DNA of 64,000 nucleotides from Pseudogracilibacillus sp. (GTDB lineage Bacteria; Bacillota; Bacilli; Bacillales; Amphibacillaceae): assembly GCA_035301085.1 (NCBI GenBank), contig DATGUU010000024.1, positions 6,210 to 70,209 of the forward strand, written 5' to 3'. Under the pieces are notes generated by a model, which had not been told where the DNA came from, searched no databases, and was given only the letters and a program-made list of their open reading frames with translations. The position numbers and the translations under genes are program-made. The number at the start of each line of letters is the position of its first letter. Position 1 is the stretch's first letter. Positions 10,440-20,123 of the stretch are shown here, in pieces.

Positions 10440-10655
10440 TTAAACTAATTCCAAGGGTCCGGTCACTGTATTTGGTTATAGTTATTTTAACAGATAAGGA
10501 TAATAAACCAGCAATAATCATAAATCAGAATACTTGTCTAAATATCTATGCAATTTTAACTTCCAGGAAAAAGGTAACCTGAAAACCTGACTATAATACA
10601 ATTATATAAATATTAAGCTCTTACCTTCTGAAACGGAGGGTAAGAGCTTTTTTTA
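10440..10655 (+). other. Decayed duplicate of the cobalamin riboswitch 3' half, expression platform and terminator
   Basis: Colinear with 11002-11228: GGTCCGGTCACTGTATTTGGTTATA, TTCCAGGAAAAAGGTA, GACTATAATA, GCTCTTACCTTCTG...GGTAAGAGCTTTTTT. The 5' half is missing and the B12 box is mutated. Confidence 0.8.
10615..10654 (+). terminator. Intact intrinsic terminator within the riboswitch relic
   Basis: AAGCTCTTACCTTCTGAAACGGAGGGTAAGAGCTTTTTTT. Confidence 0.85.
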
Positions 10656-10888
10656 ATGAGGGAAAAGAATAGATTAATGTGAATAATAAATAAATCTATA
10701 AAAGAACAATTAACAAACTAAAACTTATCTCAAACAGCGACAAGAAATTCTATTGATATTAGGTCTTTTAATCTTATTTTAGACATGTAAAACTGAATAA
10801 TAGACACTTTAAACTTAATTTATCATCACTTAAGATTATTAATCTAGTGAATGGATAAAATTGATAATTAAAATAAAGTTCAAAACAA

Positions 10889-10917
10889 TTGTCCGAAAAG
10901 GTTTTATCGTGTATATT
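10889..10917 (+). promoter_or_regulatory. Putative sigmaA promoter for the riboswitch leader
   Basis: TTGTCC-17 bp-TATATT, about 30 bp upstream of the aptamer. Confidence 0.5.
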
Positions 10918-10944
10918 AAATAATAGAAAAAACTCTAAAATTGA

Positions 10945-11151
10945 ATATAAATATTTAGGTTCTCTTTTATTAATTTGAAAAGAGAATAATAAGGAATTGA
11001 GTTAAACTCTCAAACGGTCCGGCCACTGTAATTGGTTATAATTCTTTTAATACCACTGGTTAATAAACTGGGAAGGTAAGAATTTATTTATGCCATAAGT
11101 CAGGAGACTTGCCTAAGTATATATGCAATATTACCTTCCAGGAAAAAGGTA
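10945..11151 (+). ncRNA. Cobalamin (AdoCbl-type) riboswitch
   Basis: P1 ATATTTAGGT / GCCTAAGTAT; AATAAGGAA; GTTAAA loop; GCCACTGT; CCACTGG...CTGGGAAGG extension; B12 box AAGTCAGGAGACTTGCCT (11097-11114). L5 TCCGG can pair with the P13 loop CC(A)GGA. Confidence 0.92.
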
Positions 11152-11190
11152 GCATAAGGACCCGACTATAATATAAGTATAAAATATTAT

Positions 11191-11228
11191 GCTCTTACCT
11201 TCTGTATCTGGAGGTAAGAGCTTTTTTG
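11191..11228 (+). terminator. Riboswitch-controlled terminator (expression platform)
   Basis: GCTCTTACCTTC-TGTATCT-GGAGGTAAGAGC-TTTTTT. TTACCTTCC (11131-11139) can pair alternatively with GGAAGGTAA in the aptamer or with the terminator 3' arm. Confidence 0.85.
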
Positions 11229-11257
11229 TTTTGAAAAAAGAAAAGGGGAGAATTAAT

Positions 11258-14200
11258 TTGAAGAGTAAGCGTTTAGTATCCAGGAAAATAATATCCATAA
11301 TAGCTTCATTATTACTGTTATTGAATATTATTGTTCCAGCAGGTTTGGTAGAAGCAAATAATTCAGATACAGAAGTAAATAATCAAGTAGAGAAAGATGT
11401 GGATAGTGATCCAATAAATATCGATAATGAGCAGGCGTTATCAACAGAACAGGTAACTGAACAACTGCAAATTGAAGATGACTCAAGTATAAAAAGTAGT
11501 CCGAAAATGGTTAAACAAGAACGTGGTCCACCCAAGAAAGTTACTGTAAGAGTTGAAACACATGAAAAAACACTTGTTGAACCAACAGAAATTGAAGTAT
11601 CAACATTTGATTTAAAAGAATATATTAACAATGATAATGACGGAAATTCTTCTATTCCAGAAACACCACGAGCAATCCATGCAATTATTCAAGCAATGGA
11701 AGAAAAAACAGACTTAGATTTAAAAGATGATGAAGTTTTTGGTTTAAGCTCTGGTGGTAATTACATTCAACATCTCGATGGTGATGGAGAATTCACATCA
11801 GGTAGTATGAGTGGTTGGATGTATTTTATAGATAATGCTTATGTAGACGTAGGTGTATTAGACCGTGAACTAAAAGGCGGCGAAAATATTGTTCTTTATT
11901 ATGTGATGAACTATATGGATAATACATATTCTTGGTTCGACAAAGAAGCTTATACAAGTGAAACTGGCGAAAATTTAGAATTAAAATTAAATGGTTCAGA
12001 TGGGGATCCAGTTGCTAAGGCAACACTACTAATCGATGATCTCGAACAAGAAGATTTAGTAACAGATGCAAATGGTTTAGTGACAGTTAATTTTGATAAA
12101 CCAGGTACATATCATCTTTCAGCAAATCGTTTGAATGATGCTGGTGAAAGAAATATTGTTAGACCGTATGCAAAAGTAGTGGTAAAAGAAGAAGAAGTAA
12201 TAGAAGTTCCTAAAGTTGATAAAGAAGCTTTAAAATCAATCATTGAAGAAGCAGAGTTATCAAAAACAAAGGGTAAAACTGATGAATCAATTGATGCATT
12301 AAACAAAGCTATTTCTGATGCGTTAATAGTTTTAGAAGATAAATCCGCAACACAAAAAGAAGTGGATACATCTGTTGAAGTAGTAGATAAAGCAATCCAA
12401 GGCTTAACAGAAATTCCAGAAGAATCAGATTCATTAACAGAAAAAGAATTAAAAGATAATCTAAATAATTCAATCAATAGTGCGATCGGTTATGCTGAAA
12501 ATCATTTCCCGGATTTTTCAAGTAATCGATCTGGAAGTCATAGTGACTATTGGGCATTCTCAGCCTTTTGGGGAGCGGGAATTAAAGATTTAGAAAATGA
12601 TTTTAACTGGAAAGGTGGAGTAAAACCATCAGCTCCACATACTTTTTGGGCGAAAAAGCTCTCAAAAGCTAATAGAACATCGAATGAAGATGCGGGAACT
12701 ATTATTGGGGCTGTTCTTTTAGATCAATCACCTTATGATTTTGGTACACAAAATGTGGTTGCTGATTTAGAAGCAAAACAAAAAGATAATGGTAGTTTCT
12801 TCCATATTTGGGGAGAGTCATGGGCAATGATTGCTCTGGAATTAGTAGATAGTCAAGTGTATGAAAAAGATAAACATATCGATCATATTTTAAGTCTACA
12901 AGATGCAGATGGAATGTTTGGAGGAGCAGATTCAACAGGATGGATGCTGACAGCTTTAGCACCCTATACAAAGTCACATCCAGCTGTAAAGAAAGCAATA
13001 GATAAATCAATCACTCATATTCATAACACATATAAAGATGAAGGCAAGTTACCTGGCATGGAATGGGGCGAAAACTCAAACTCGATTACAAGTATGCATA
13101 TGGGCTTAGCCGCAAATGGTGAAAAGTTATTAAGTGATAAATGGACAAATGAGCAGAACATAATTCAAGAATTTATTGAAGCGTATCAATTTGAGGATGG
13201 TTCATTTGCTTGGCATGCAGGTTCAACATCAGGTGCTCTAAACATGTCTACTGAACAAGTTATCTTAAGTTTTGCAACTATTAAAGAACAAGAATCAATC
13301 TTTACACAGCTAAAAGCAGCGAAAGATATTTTACCAGAAGCCCCAGAAGAATCAACAGTTGATTTCAGTAAGTTAGAAGCAGCAATTGAAGAAGGAAATA
13401 AAGTAGATGCAACAAATCTAACAGACGAATCAAAAGCAGCATTAACGAAAGCAATAACAGATGCCGAAAAAGTGTTAGCAGATAAATCAGCTAAACAAAA
13501 AGAAGTAGATGTAGCTGTTGATGCAATCAATGAAATCCTACAAAATTTAACAGAAAAGCCAATAATTGATTTCAGTAAGTTAGAAGCAGCAATTGAAGCA
13601 GGAAATAAAGTAGATACAACAAATCTAACAGACGAATCAAAAGCTGCATTAACGAAAGCAATGGCAGATGCTGAAAAAGTGTTAGCAGATAAATCAATAA
13701 CACAAAAAGAAGTAGATGTAGCTGTTGAAGCAATCAATGAAATTCTACAAAATTTAACAGAAAAGCCAACAGTTGATTTCAGTAAGTTAGAAGCAGCAAT
13801 TAAAGCAGGAAATAAAGTAGATGCAACAAATCTAACAGACGAATCAAAAACTGCATTAACGAAAGCAATGGCAGATGCTGAAAAAGTGTTAGCAGATAAA
13901 TCAATTACACAAAAAGAAGTAGATGTAGCTGCTGAAGCAATCAATGAAATCTTACAAAATTTAACAGAAAAGCCAACAGTTGATAAATCAGAACTTGAAG
14001 GTTTAATTGTTTCAGCAAGTAATATGAATACTGACGGAAATACAGAAGAATCTATTCAAAATTTATTGAATGCAATAGAAAAAGCAAATCAAATACTAAA
14101 TAATAACGATGTAACACAAAAAGAAGTCGATCAAGCTATTAAAGAATTGACTCAAGCAGTAAAGAACTTAGAAGAAATATCAGTTCCAACAGTTTCAAAA

Positions 14201-15289
14201 GAAGCACTTGTTAAATTAATAAATCAAGTAGAAGATGAAGATTTAACAGTATATACAGAAGAAACTGTAGCAGAGCTTCAAACAGCATTAGGAAGAGCAA
14301 AAGTAGTTGTTGCAAATCAAGATGCAAAGCAAAAAGAAGTCGATCAAGTATTTCAGTCTTTAAAACAAGCCAAGACTAACCTAATTAAGGCAGAAATACC
14401 AGTAGAACCAGAAGAACCAACAGAACCAGCAGAACCAGAAGAACCAACAGAACCGGAAAAGCCAGAAGAGAATCAAGTCAATAAAAATGAATTAATTTCA
14501 ATTATTGAAGCAGCACAAGCAATTGATACTGATAAAAAAACACCAGAATCAAGTCAAGCCTTAGAAAATGCACTTGTATTTGGAAACAAAATATTGGCAG
14601 ACGAAGATGCTTCTCAAGAAACAATTAATCAAGCTATTCTTGATATTGAGCAAGCAATTAGTGGATTGGTAAATATCCAAGTTTTACCACATATTGAGTT
14701 AATAGATCCAATTAAGAGTCTGATAGTTCCGTTTGGTACAAAAGAAAATGAATTAGATTTACCTAAAGAAATTACGCTTGTTTTAAGTGATCAAACAAAA
14801 GTAACTACATCTGTTAAGTGGTCACTTTCAGAAGACAATAATTTTGATGGTAAAGTACCAGGCAAATATAAATTTATAGGAAACTATGATTTACCAGAAA
14901 ATATCCAAGGCGATAAACTAGAAGTAGCCGTGTCAGTTACGGTACTTAATGAGATTATAGAAGAACCAACAGAAGGAGATGGTAAGCCAGAAGGAGATGG
15001 TAAGCCAGGAGCAGATGGTAAGCCAGGAGCAGATGATAAGCCAGAAGCAGATGGTAAACCAGAAGCAGATAATAAACCAAGAGAAGATACAACAGAAACA
15101 ACAGTACCGGAACAATCTAAAGAACAAGTAGTTTCGAAAGATTTAGATGAAAGAGAAAACTTGAAAAAAGATAAAAAACAAGAAAAATTACCAAACACGT
15201 CAACTAACAATTACACAATTTTATTAGTTGGATTTATTATATTAATTCTTGGTGTCATGCTCTTAATTAGAGTACGTAAAACTAATTAA
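11258..15289 (+). CDS. Large sortase-anchored surface protein: DUF4430 domain, alpha/alpha-barrel (prenyltransferase-like repeats), FIVAR repeats, Ig-like domain, LPNTS anchor
   Basis: TTG start after AAGGGGAG RBS. SGWMYFID...GGENIVLYY (DUF4430); QKDNGSF, LQDADGMFG, YQFEDGSF repeats; xDKxxL...TQKEVD FIVAR units; LPNTS, TM helix and basic tail. Confidence 0.8.
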   Translation: MKSKRLVSRKIISIIASLLLLLNIIVPAGLVEANNSDTEVNNQVEKDVDSDPINIDNEQALSTEQVTEQLQIEDDSSIKSSPKMVKQERGPPKKVTVRVETHEKTLVEPTEIEVSTFDLKEYINNDNDGNSSIPETPRAIHAIIQAMEEKTDLDLKDDEVFGLSSGGNYIQHLDGDGEFTSGSMSGWMYFIDNAYVDVGVLDRELKGGENIVLYYVMNYMDNTYSWFDKEAYTSETGENLELKLNGSDGDPVAKATLLIDDLEQEDLVTDANGLVTVNFDKPGTYHLSANRLNDAGERNIVRPYAKVVVKEEEVIEVPKVDKEALKSIIEEAELSKTKGKTDESIDALNKAISDALIVLEDKSATQKEVDTSVEVVDKAIQGLTEIPEESDSLTEKELKDNLNNSINSAIGYAENHFPDFSSNRSGSHSDYWAFSAFWGAGIKDLENDFNWKGGVKPSAPHTFWAKKLSKANRTSNEDAGTIIGAVLLDQSPYDFGTQNVVADLEAKQKDNGSFFHIWGESWAMIALELVDSQVYEKDKHIDHILSLQDADGMFGGADSTGWMLTALAPYTKSHPAVKKAIDKSITHIHNTYKDEGKLPGMEWGENSNSITSMHMGLAANGEKLLSDKWTNEQNIIQEFIEAYQFEDGSFAWHAGSTSGALNMSTEQVILSFATIKEQESIFTQLKAAKDILPEAPEESTVDFSKLEAAIEEGNKVDATNLTDESKAALTKAITDAEKVLADKSAKQKEVDVAVDAINEILQNLTEKPIIDFSKLEAAIEAGNKVDTTNLTDESKAALTKAMADAEKVLADKSITQKEVDVAVEAINEILQNLTEKPTVDFSKLEAAIKAGNKVDATNLTDESKTALTKAMADAEKVLADKSITQKEVDVAAEAINEILQNLTEKPTVDKSELEGLIVSASNMNTDGNTEESIQNLLNAIEKANQILNNNDVTQKEVDQAIKELTQAVKNLEEISVPTVSKEALVKLINQVEDEDLTVYTEETVAELQTALGRAKVVVANQDAKQKEVDQVFQSLKQAKTNLIKAEIPVEPEEPTEPAEPEEPTEPEKPEENQVNKNELISIIEAAQAIDTDKKTPESSQALENALVFGNKILADEDASQETINQAILDIEQAISGLVNIQVLPHIELIDPIKSLIVPFGTKENELDLPKEITLVLSDQTKVTTSVKWSLSEDNNFDGKVPGKYKFIGNYDLPENIQGDKLEVAVSVTVLNEIIEEPTEGDGKPEGDGKPGADGKPGADDKPEADGKPEADNKPREDTTETTVPEQSKEQVVSKDLDERENLKKDKKQEKLPNTSTNNYTILLVGFIILILGVMLLIRVRKTN
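13355..13981 (+). repeat. Three near-identical 207-bp (69-aa) FIVAR repeats
   Basis: GATTTCAGTAAGTTAGAAGCAGCAATT recurs at 13361, 13568 and 13775. Confidence 0.92.
14972..15080 (+). repeat. 18-bp tandem repeat ((E/G)(G/A)DGKP)n in the wall-spanning region
   Basis: GAAGGAGATGGTAAGCCA and variants, about 6 units. Confidence 0.85.
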
Positions 15290-15412
15290 TATTTACCCTA
15301 TGATTTGCCAAATCATAATTTATTATTTAGCTCATCAAAAAATATATTTAATATGCTAGATGTAAGTTTAGTCTTAATTTACAGAGTTTTTATTTGGAAA
15401 GAAAAAGTTAGT

Positions 15413-15455
15413 TATATTAAGAAGCCTATCAAAAGGCTTCTTAATATATTTTTTT
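15413..15455 (+). terminator. Intrinsic terminator after the first gene of the B12 locus
   Basis: TATATTAAGAAGCC / GGCTTCTTAATATA stem followed by T tract. Confidence 0.75.
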
Positions 15456-15531
15456 AAAGTTTTATTTGAAATTATTTAAATAAGTAATTTGAAATAAAAT
15501 TTTAAGAACTTGTTTTATTGGAGGAAAAATA

Positions 15532-16740
<1,209 letters not shown>

Positions 16741-16800
16741 TTGATTAAGTTAAATTAAAGTCTCTTCTAAACTAGGTGATTGGTAAAAGGATGCGATTAA

Positions 16801-18660
16801 ATGTTAACAAGACAAATAAAAAGAGTAAGTTTAATGATTATGACTTTAGTATTGCTAATAGAATTTTCGTTTGTACCCATATCATTAGCAGAAGAAAATA
16901 TTATTAGTGAACTAGAAGAAATGAGTACAGAAATTATTAATTGGAAGAAATCTGAATCTGAGATTTCTTCTGATGATAATTTATTAAATAATCAATTTTT
17001 AGAAAATGCCGGTTCATCTTCAGGTGATTGGTTTCCAATTGGAATAGGAAGACTGGGATATGAGGATGATTATGATGCATATTTAGCTGTTATTAATGAT
17101 GTAATAGCTAAGCGTTACGATGGTGAACATAAATTAGACAGAATAAAAGCAACCGAGTGGCACCGAATCTCTTTAGCAGTTCTTGCATTAGGTGGTGACC
17201 CAACTGCAATATCTGACGGGTCAATTGATTTAATTGCAGATGGAACATATAACCGGAGTAAAGTAATGGATTTAGGTAAACAAGGGATTAATGGTTTAAC
17301 TTGGGGATTATTAACACTTGACAGTATGCGTTATAAAGTGCCAAAAAATGCAGCGGATTCTCGTGAGGATATTATTAAACGTATCTTAGAAGCGCAACTT
17401 GAAGATGGTGGATTTTCACTTAAATCACCTCCATCAAATGCAGATATAACAGGAATGACTTTACAAGCACTCGCACCATATTATAATAGTGAAAAAGTTT
17501 ATACATATATAAGAGAAATTGATGATAAAAAGCGAGAAGTACGCGTGCGTGATGTTGTTGATGAAGCGCTAGAATATTTAACAAGTGTTGAATTAGACAA
17601 TCCTGAAAGTACAGTCCAAGTTATTGTCGCCTTAACTGCTTTACAGATTGATCCTTTAAGCGAAGAGTTTATTAGAGATGATCAAACACTCTTTGATATT
17701 TTAAAAGAATTTAAAAGAGATGATGGAGGATTTGTTCATTCCTATTCATATGATCCAGATAATCCAACATCCAAACCGAATGAATCAAATTCAATGGCAA
17801 GTGAGCAAGCTCTATATGGATTAACATCCATGCTTAGATACTATTCAGATTCCCGAACTTTATATGATTTTAGAGAAGAAATGTCGCTTGAATTAAAAAA
17901 TAAAATAAAAAAAGTTGAAAGCGAAATTGAGCAAACAGTTACTAAACAACCGAAAAAAGAAGATTTAAAAAAAGTTTATGAAAATTACTTGGACATACCT
18001 GCAGAAGAACGTTCTTATGTAAGTAATTATGCTAAACTTTCAGATGCTTTAACTGAAAAAAATATAAAAAAAGAACCTGAAGAATTAAGTGACTTTATGG
18101 ATATTAATTCATCCGGTAAGGGAACAGTAATTGACTTAGTAAGTGGATCAAATGAAAAAACGAAACAAACCAAATTTACTGAAGCGGACGTTAAACGAAC
18201 TGAAGAATTAATGAAAGAAACATCAACAAAATATGAAGTTGAAGTTATTAAGTTGATTAATCTACTAAAAACGGCTGAAAATAAAGCTGATTATGAAAAT
18301 GATTTAACAATACTTGAAGAGAAACAAACAGAGATTGAAGCATTAAAAAAAGAAATAGAAAAAATAAATCAATTAATTATGAAAGAACTTTATCCATTTG
18401 AAGCAATTACAGAAGAAGATGAAGCCACAGTTAAGCAGATTATTAAAAGATATGACCAATTAGCTGAATATGATCAAACTAAAGTTCAAAACTATGAAGA
18501 TGTTGAAAAAGCTGACACGCAAATTAAAAATTTAAAGCGTGCTAAAATTATGAAGATAATTTTTGTAGGTATAGTGATTATATTAGTAGCTTATTTAATT
18601 TATCGACGAAAAAAACGTAAACAAGAAAAATCAAAGCAAAATTTCTTAGATGAAGACTAG
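16801..18660 (+). CDS. Secreted alpha/alpha-barrel (prenyltransferase/squalene-oxidase-repeat-like) protein with helical stalk and C-terminal TM anchor
   Basis: Signal peptide; TEWHRISLAVLALGGDP, QGINGLTWGLLTLD, AQLEDGGFS, NADITGMTLQALAPY, DGGFVH, MASEQALYGL; C-terminal TM plus RRKKRK. Confidence 0.78.
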   Translation: MLTRQIKRVSLMIMTLVLLIEFSFVPISLAEENIISELEEMSTEIINWKKSESEISSDDNLLNNQFLENAGSSSGDWFPIGIGRLGYEDDYDAYLAVINDVIAKRYDGEHKLDRIKATEWHRISLAVLALGGDPTAISDGSIDLIADGTYNRSKVMDLGKQGINGLTWGLLTLDSMRYKVPKNAADSREDIIKRILEAQLEDGGFSLKSPPSNADITGMTLQALAPYYNSEKVYTYIREIDDKKREVRVRDVVDEALEYLTSVELDNPESTVQVIVALTALQIDPLSEEFIRDDQTLFDILKEFKRDDGGFVHSYSYDPDNPTSKPNESNSMASEQALYGLTSMLRYYSDSRTLYDFREEMSLELKNKIKKVESEIEQTVTKQPKKEDLKKVYENYLDIPAEERSYVSNYAKLSDALTEKNIKKEPEELSDFMDINSSGKGTVIDLVSGSNEKTKQTKFTEADVKRTEELMKETSTKYEVEVIKLINLLKTAENKADYENDLTILEEKQTEIEALKKEIEKINQLIMKELYPFEAITEEDEATVKQIIKRYDQLAEYDQTKVQNYEDVEKADTQIKNLKRAKIMKIIFVGIVIILVAYLIYRRKKRKQEKSKQNFLDED

Positions 18661-18677
18661 ATAGGGGGGCGGTAAGT

Positions 18678-19223
18678 GTGCGAAAAGATATATTAATCCT
18701 TGGCTTTGTCGGATTACTTATCGCCGTGATATTTTCAGGAACAAAAATTCAGTCAGTGGAAGAATATTATCAAACGCATATTGATGATATTACAGAAGAC
18801 TCAGAAACAATATTTATAAAAATTGAAGCAACTACGATATTAGATAATTGGGATCAATTAGATACAGAATTAAGAGATGAAAAATATGTCCCTAAAGACG
18901 GTATTATCATGGAGAAATCAGAATATGTTTTAAGAAAAGGTGATACTGTATTTGATGTTTTAAAACGAGCAACAAGATATAAAAAAATTCATTTAGATTT
19001 TCAAGGTGCAAGTGAAAATTCATTTAAGAGTGCTTATATTAAAGGAATTAATCATATATATGAATTTTCTTGTGGTGAATTGAGTGGTTGGATGTATGAA
19101 GTGAATGGGGAGTTTCCGGACTTTGGAGTAAGTCGCTATGAACTTGTTGATGGAGATGAAGTTTCTTTACGCTATACCTGTGATTTAGGACGCGATTTAG
19201 GACAAGAAATAAATGTGAATTAA
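18678..19223 (+). CDS. Membrane-anchored DUF4430 (transcobalamin-like beta) protein
   Basis: GTG start, N-terminal TM, GDTVFDVL, YIKGINHIYEFSCGELSGWMYEVNG, DGDEVSLRYTCDLG. Confidence 0.85.
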   Translation: MRKDILILGFVGLLIAVIFSGTKIQSVEEYYQTHIDDITEDSETIFIKIEATTILDNWDQLDTELRDEKYVPKDGIIMEKSEYVLRKGDTVFDVLKRATRYKKIHLDFQGASENSFKSAYIKGINHIYEFSCGELSGWMYEVNGEFPDFGVSRYELVDGDEVSLRYTCDLGRDLGQEINVN

Positions 19224-19241
19224 AATGGGAGGATTATAAAC

Positions 19242-20123
19242 GTGAAAAGCTTTGCATCGGTGCATCCGGTTATTTTATTTATATATTATGTCACAGTTAT
19301 TTTTATGACGATGTTTATGATGCATCCTGTCATTTTAATTTTATCATTAATTGGTGCTTTAACATTCTTCTTTATGCTTGAACCGACCAAGCAATTCTTG
19401 CGAGATATTGGATTTTATTTCTTTGTCTTTATATTAATCGCGTTAACTAATCCGTTGTTTGTTCACCGGGGAGAAACGATTTTGTTTTTCTTAAATGATA
19501 ATCCAGTAACAAAAGAAGCATTTATATACGGAATTGTTATTGCAGCAATGCTTGTTGCGGTTATTTTTTGGAGTAAGTCTTATACGTTATTAATGACTTC
19601 TGATAAGTTCGTTTATTTATTTGGAAAAGCAATTCCTAAATTATCGTTAATTATTTCAATGGCCTTAAGGTTTATTCCTCTATTTAAAACACAAATGAAA
19701 AAAGTAAATAAAACACAAAAAACATTAGGAATTTATACAAGTAAAAGTATCGTAGATCGGATATTCAGTGGCATACGAACTTTTAATAGTTTACTTACTT
19801 GGTCGCTTGAAAATTCAATTTCACAAGCTGATTCGATGAAAGCACGTGGTTACGGATTAAAAGGACGCACTAATTTTTCTTTATTTAAATGGAATTCGCG
19901 GGATTATAGCCTATTAGTTATGATAGGTAGTATCTTTTTATTCGTAATGTACTTAAATGTGAAAGGTGTTTACAAATTTAATTACTATCCACTTGTGTCA
20001 AGTTTAGACTTCTCTATCAAGCATGTATTGGAATTAAGTATTATTTTTATTTTAATAATTTTACCTACATTAGTAGAAGTGAAGGAGAATTTACAGTGGC
20101 GTTATTACAAATCAAAGATTTAA
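19242..20123 (+). CDS. ECF transporter transmembrane T component
   Basis: HP motif, ALRFIP, SMKARGY coupling-helix motif. Confidence 0.9.
   Translation: MKSFASVHPVILFIYYVTVIFMTMFMMHPVILILSLIGALTFFFMLEPTKQFLRDIGFYFFVFILIALTNPLFVHRGETILFFLNDNPVTKEAFIYGIVIAAMLVAVIFWSKSYTLLMTSDKFVYLFGKAIPKLSLIISMALRFIPLFKTQMKKVNKTQKTLGIYTSKSIVDRIFSGIRTFNSLLTWSLENSISQADSMKARGYGLKGRTNFSLFKWNSRDYSLLVMIGSIFLFVMYLNVKGVYKFNYYPLVSSLDFSIKHVLELSIIFILIILPTLVEVKENLQWRYYKSKI

Noticed and set aside
11189-11257. ATG start at 11189 for the giant surface protein
   Set aside because: It lies at the riboswitch terminator with no RBS. TTG 11258 has an AAGGGGAG RBS and begins a proper signal peptide.
13186-13944. 252-aa antisense ORF, and similar ones at 6438-6730 and 14884-15210
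   Set aside because: Antisense shadows of coding repeats, with no RBS or recognisable motif.
16801-18660. Squalene-hopene cyclase or terpene biosynthesis call for the barrel proteins
   Set aside because: No DxDD catalytic motif, a single barrel, exported and anchored topology, and a B12 transport context.
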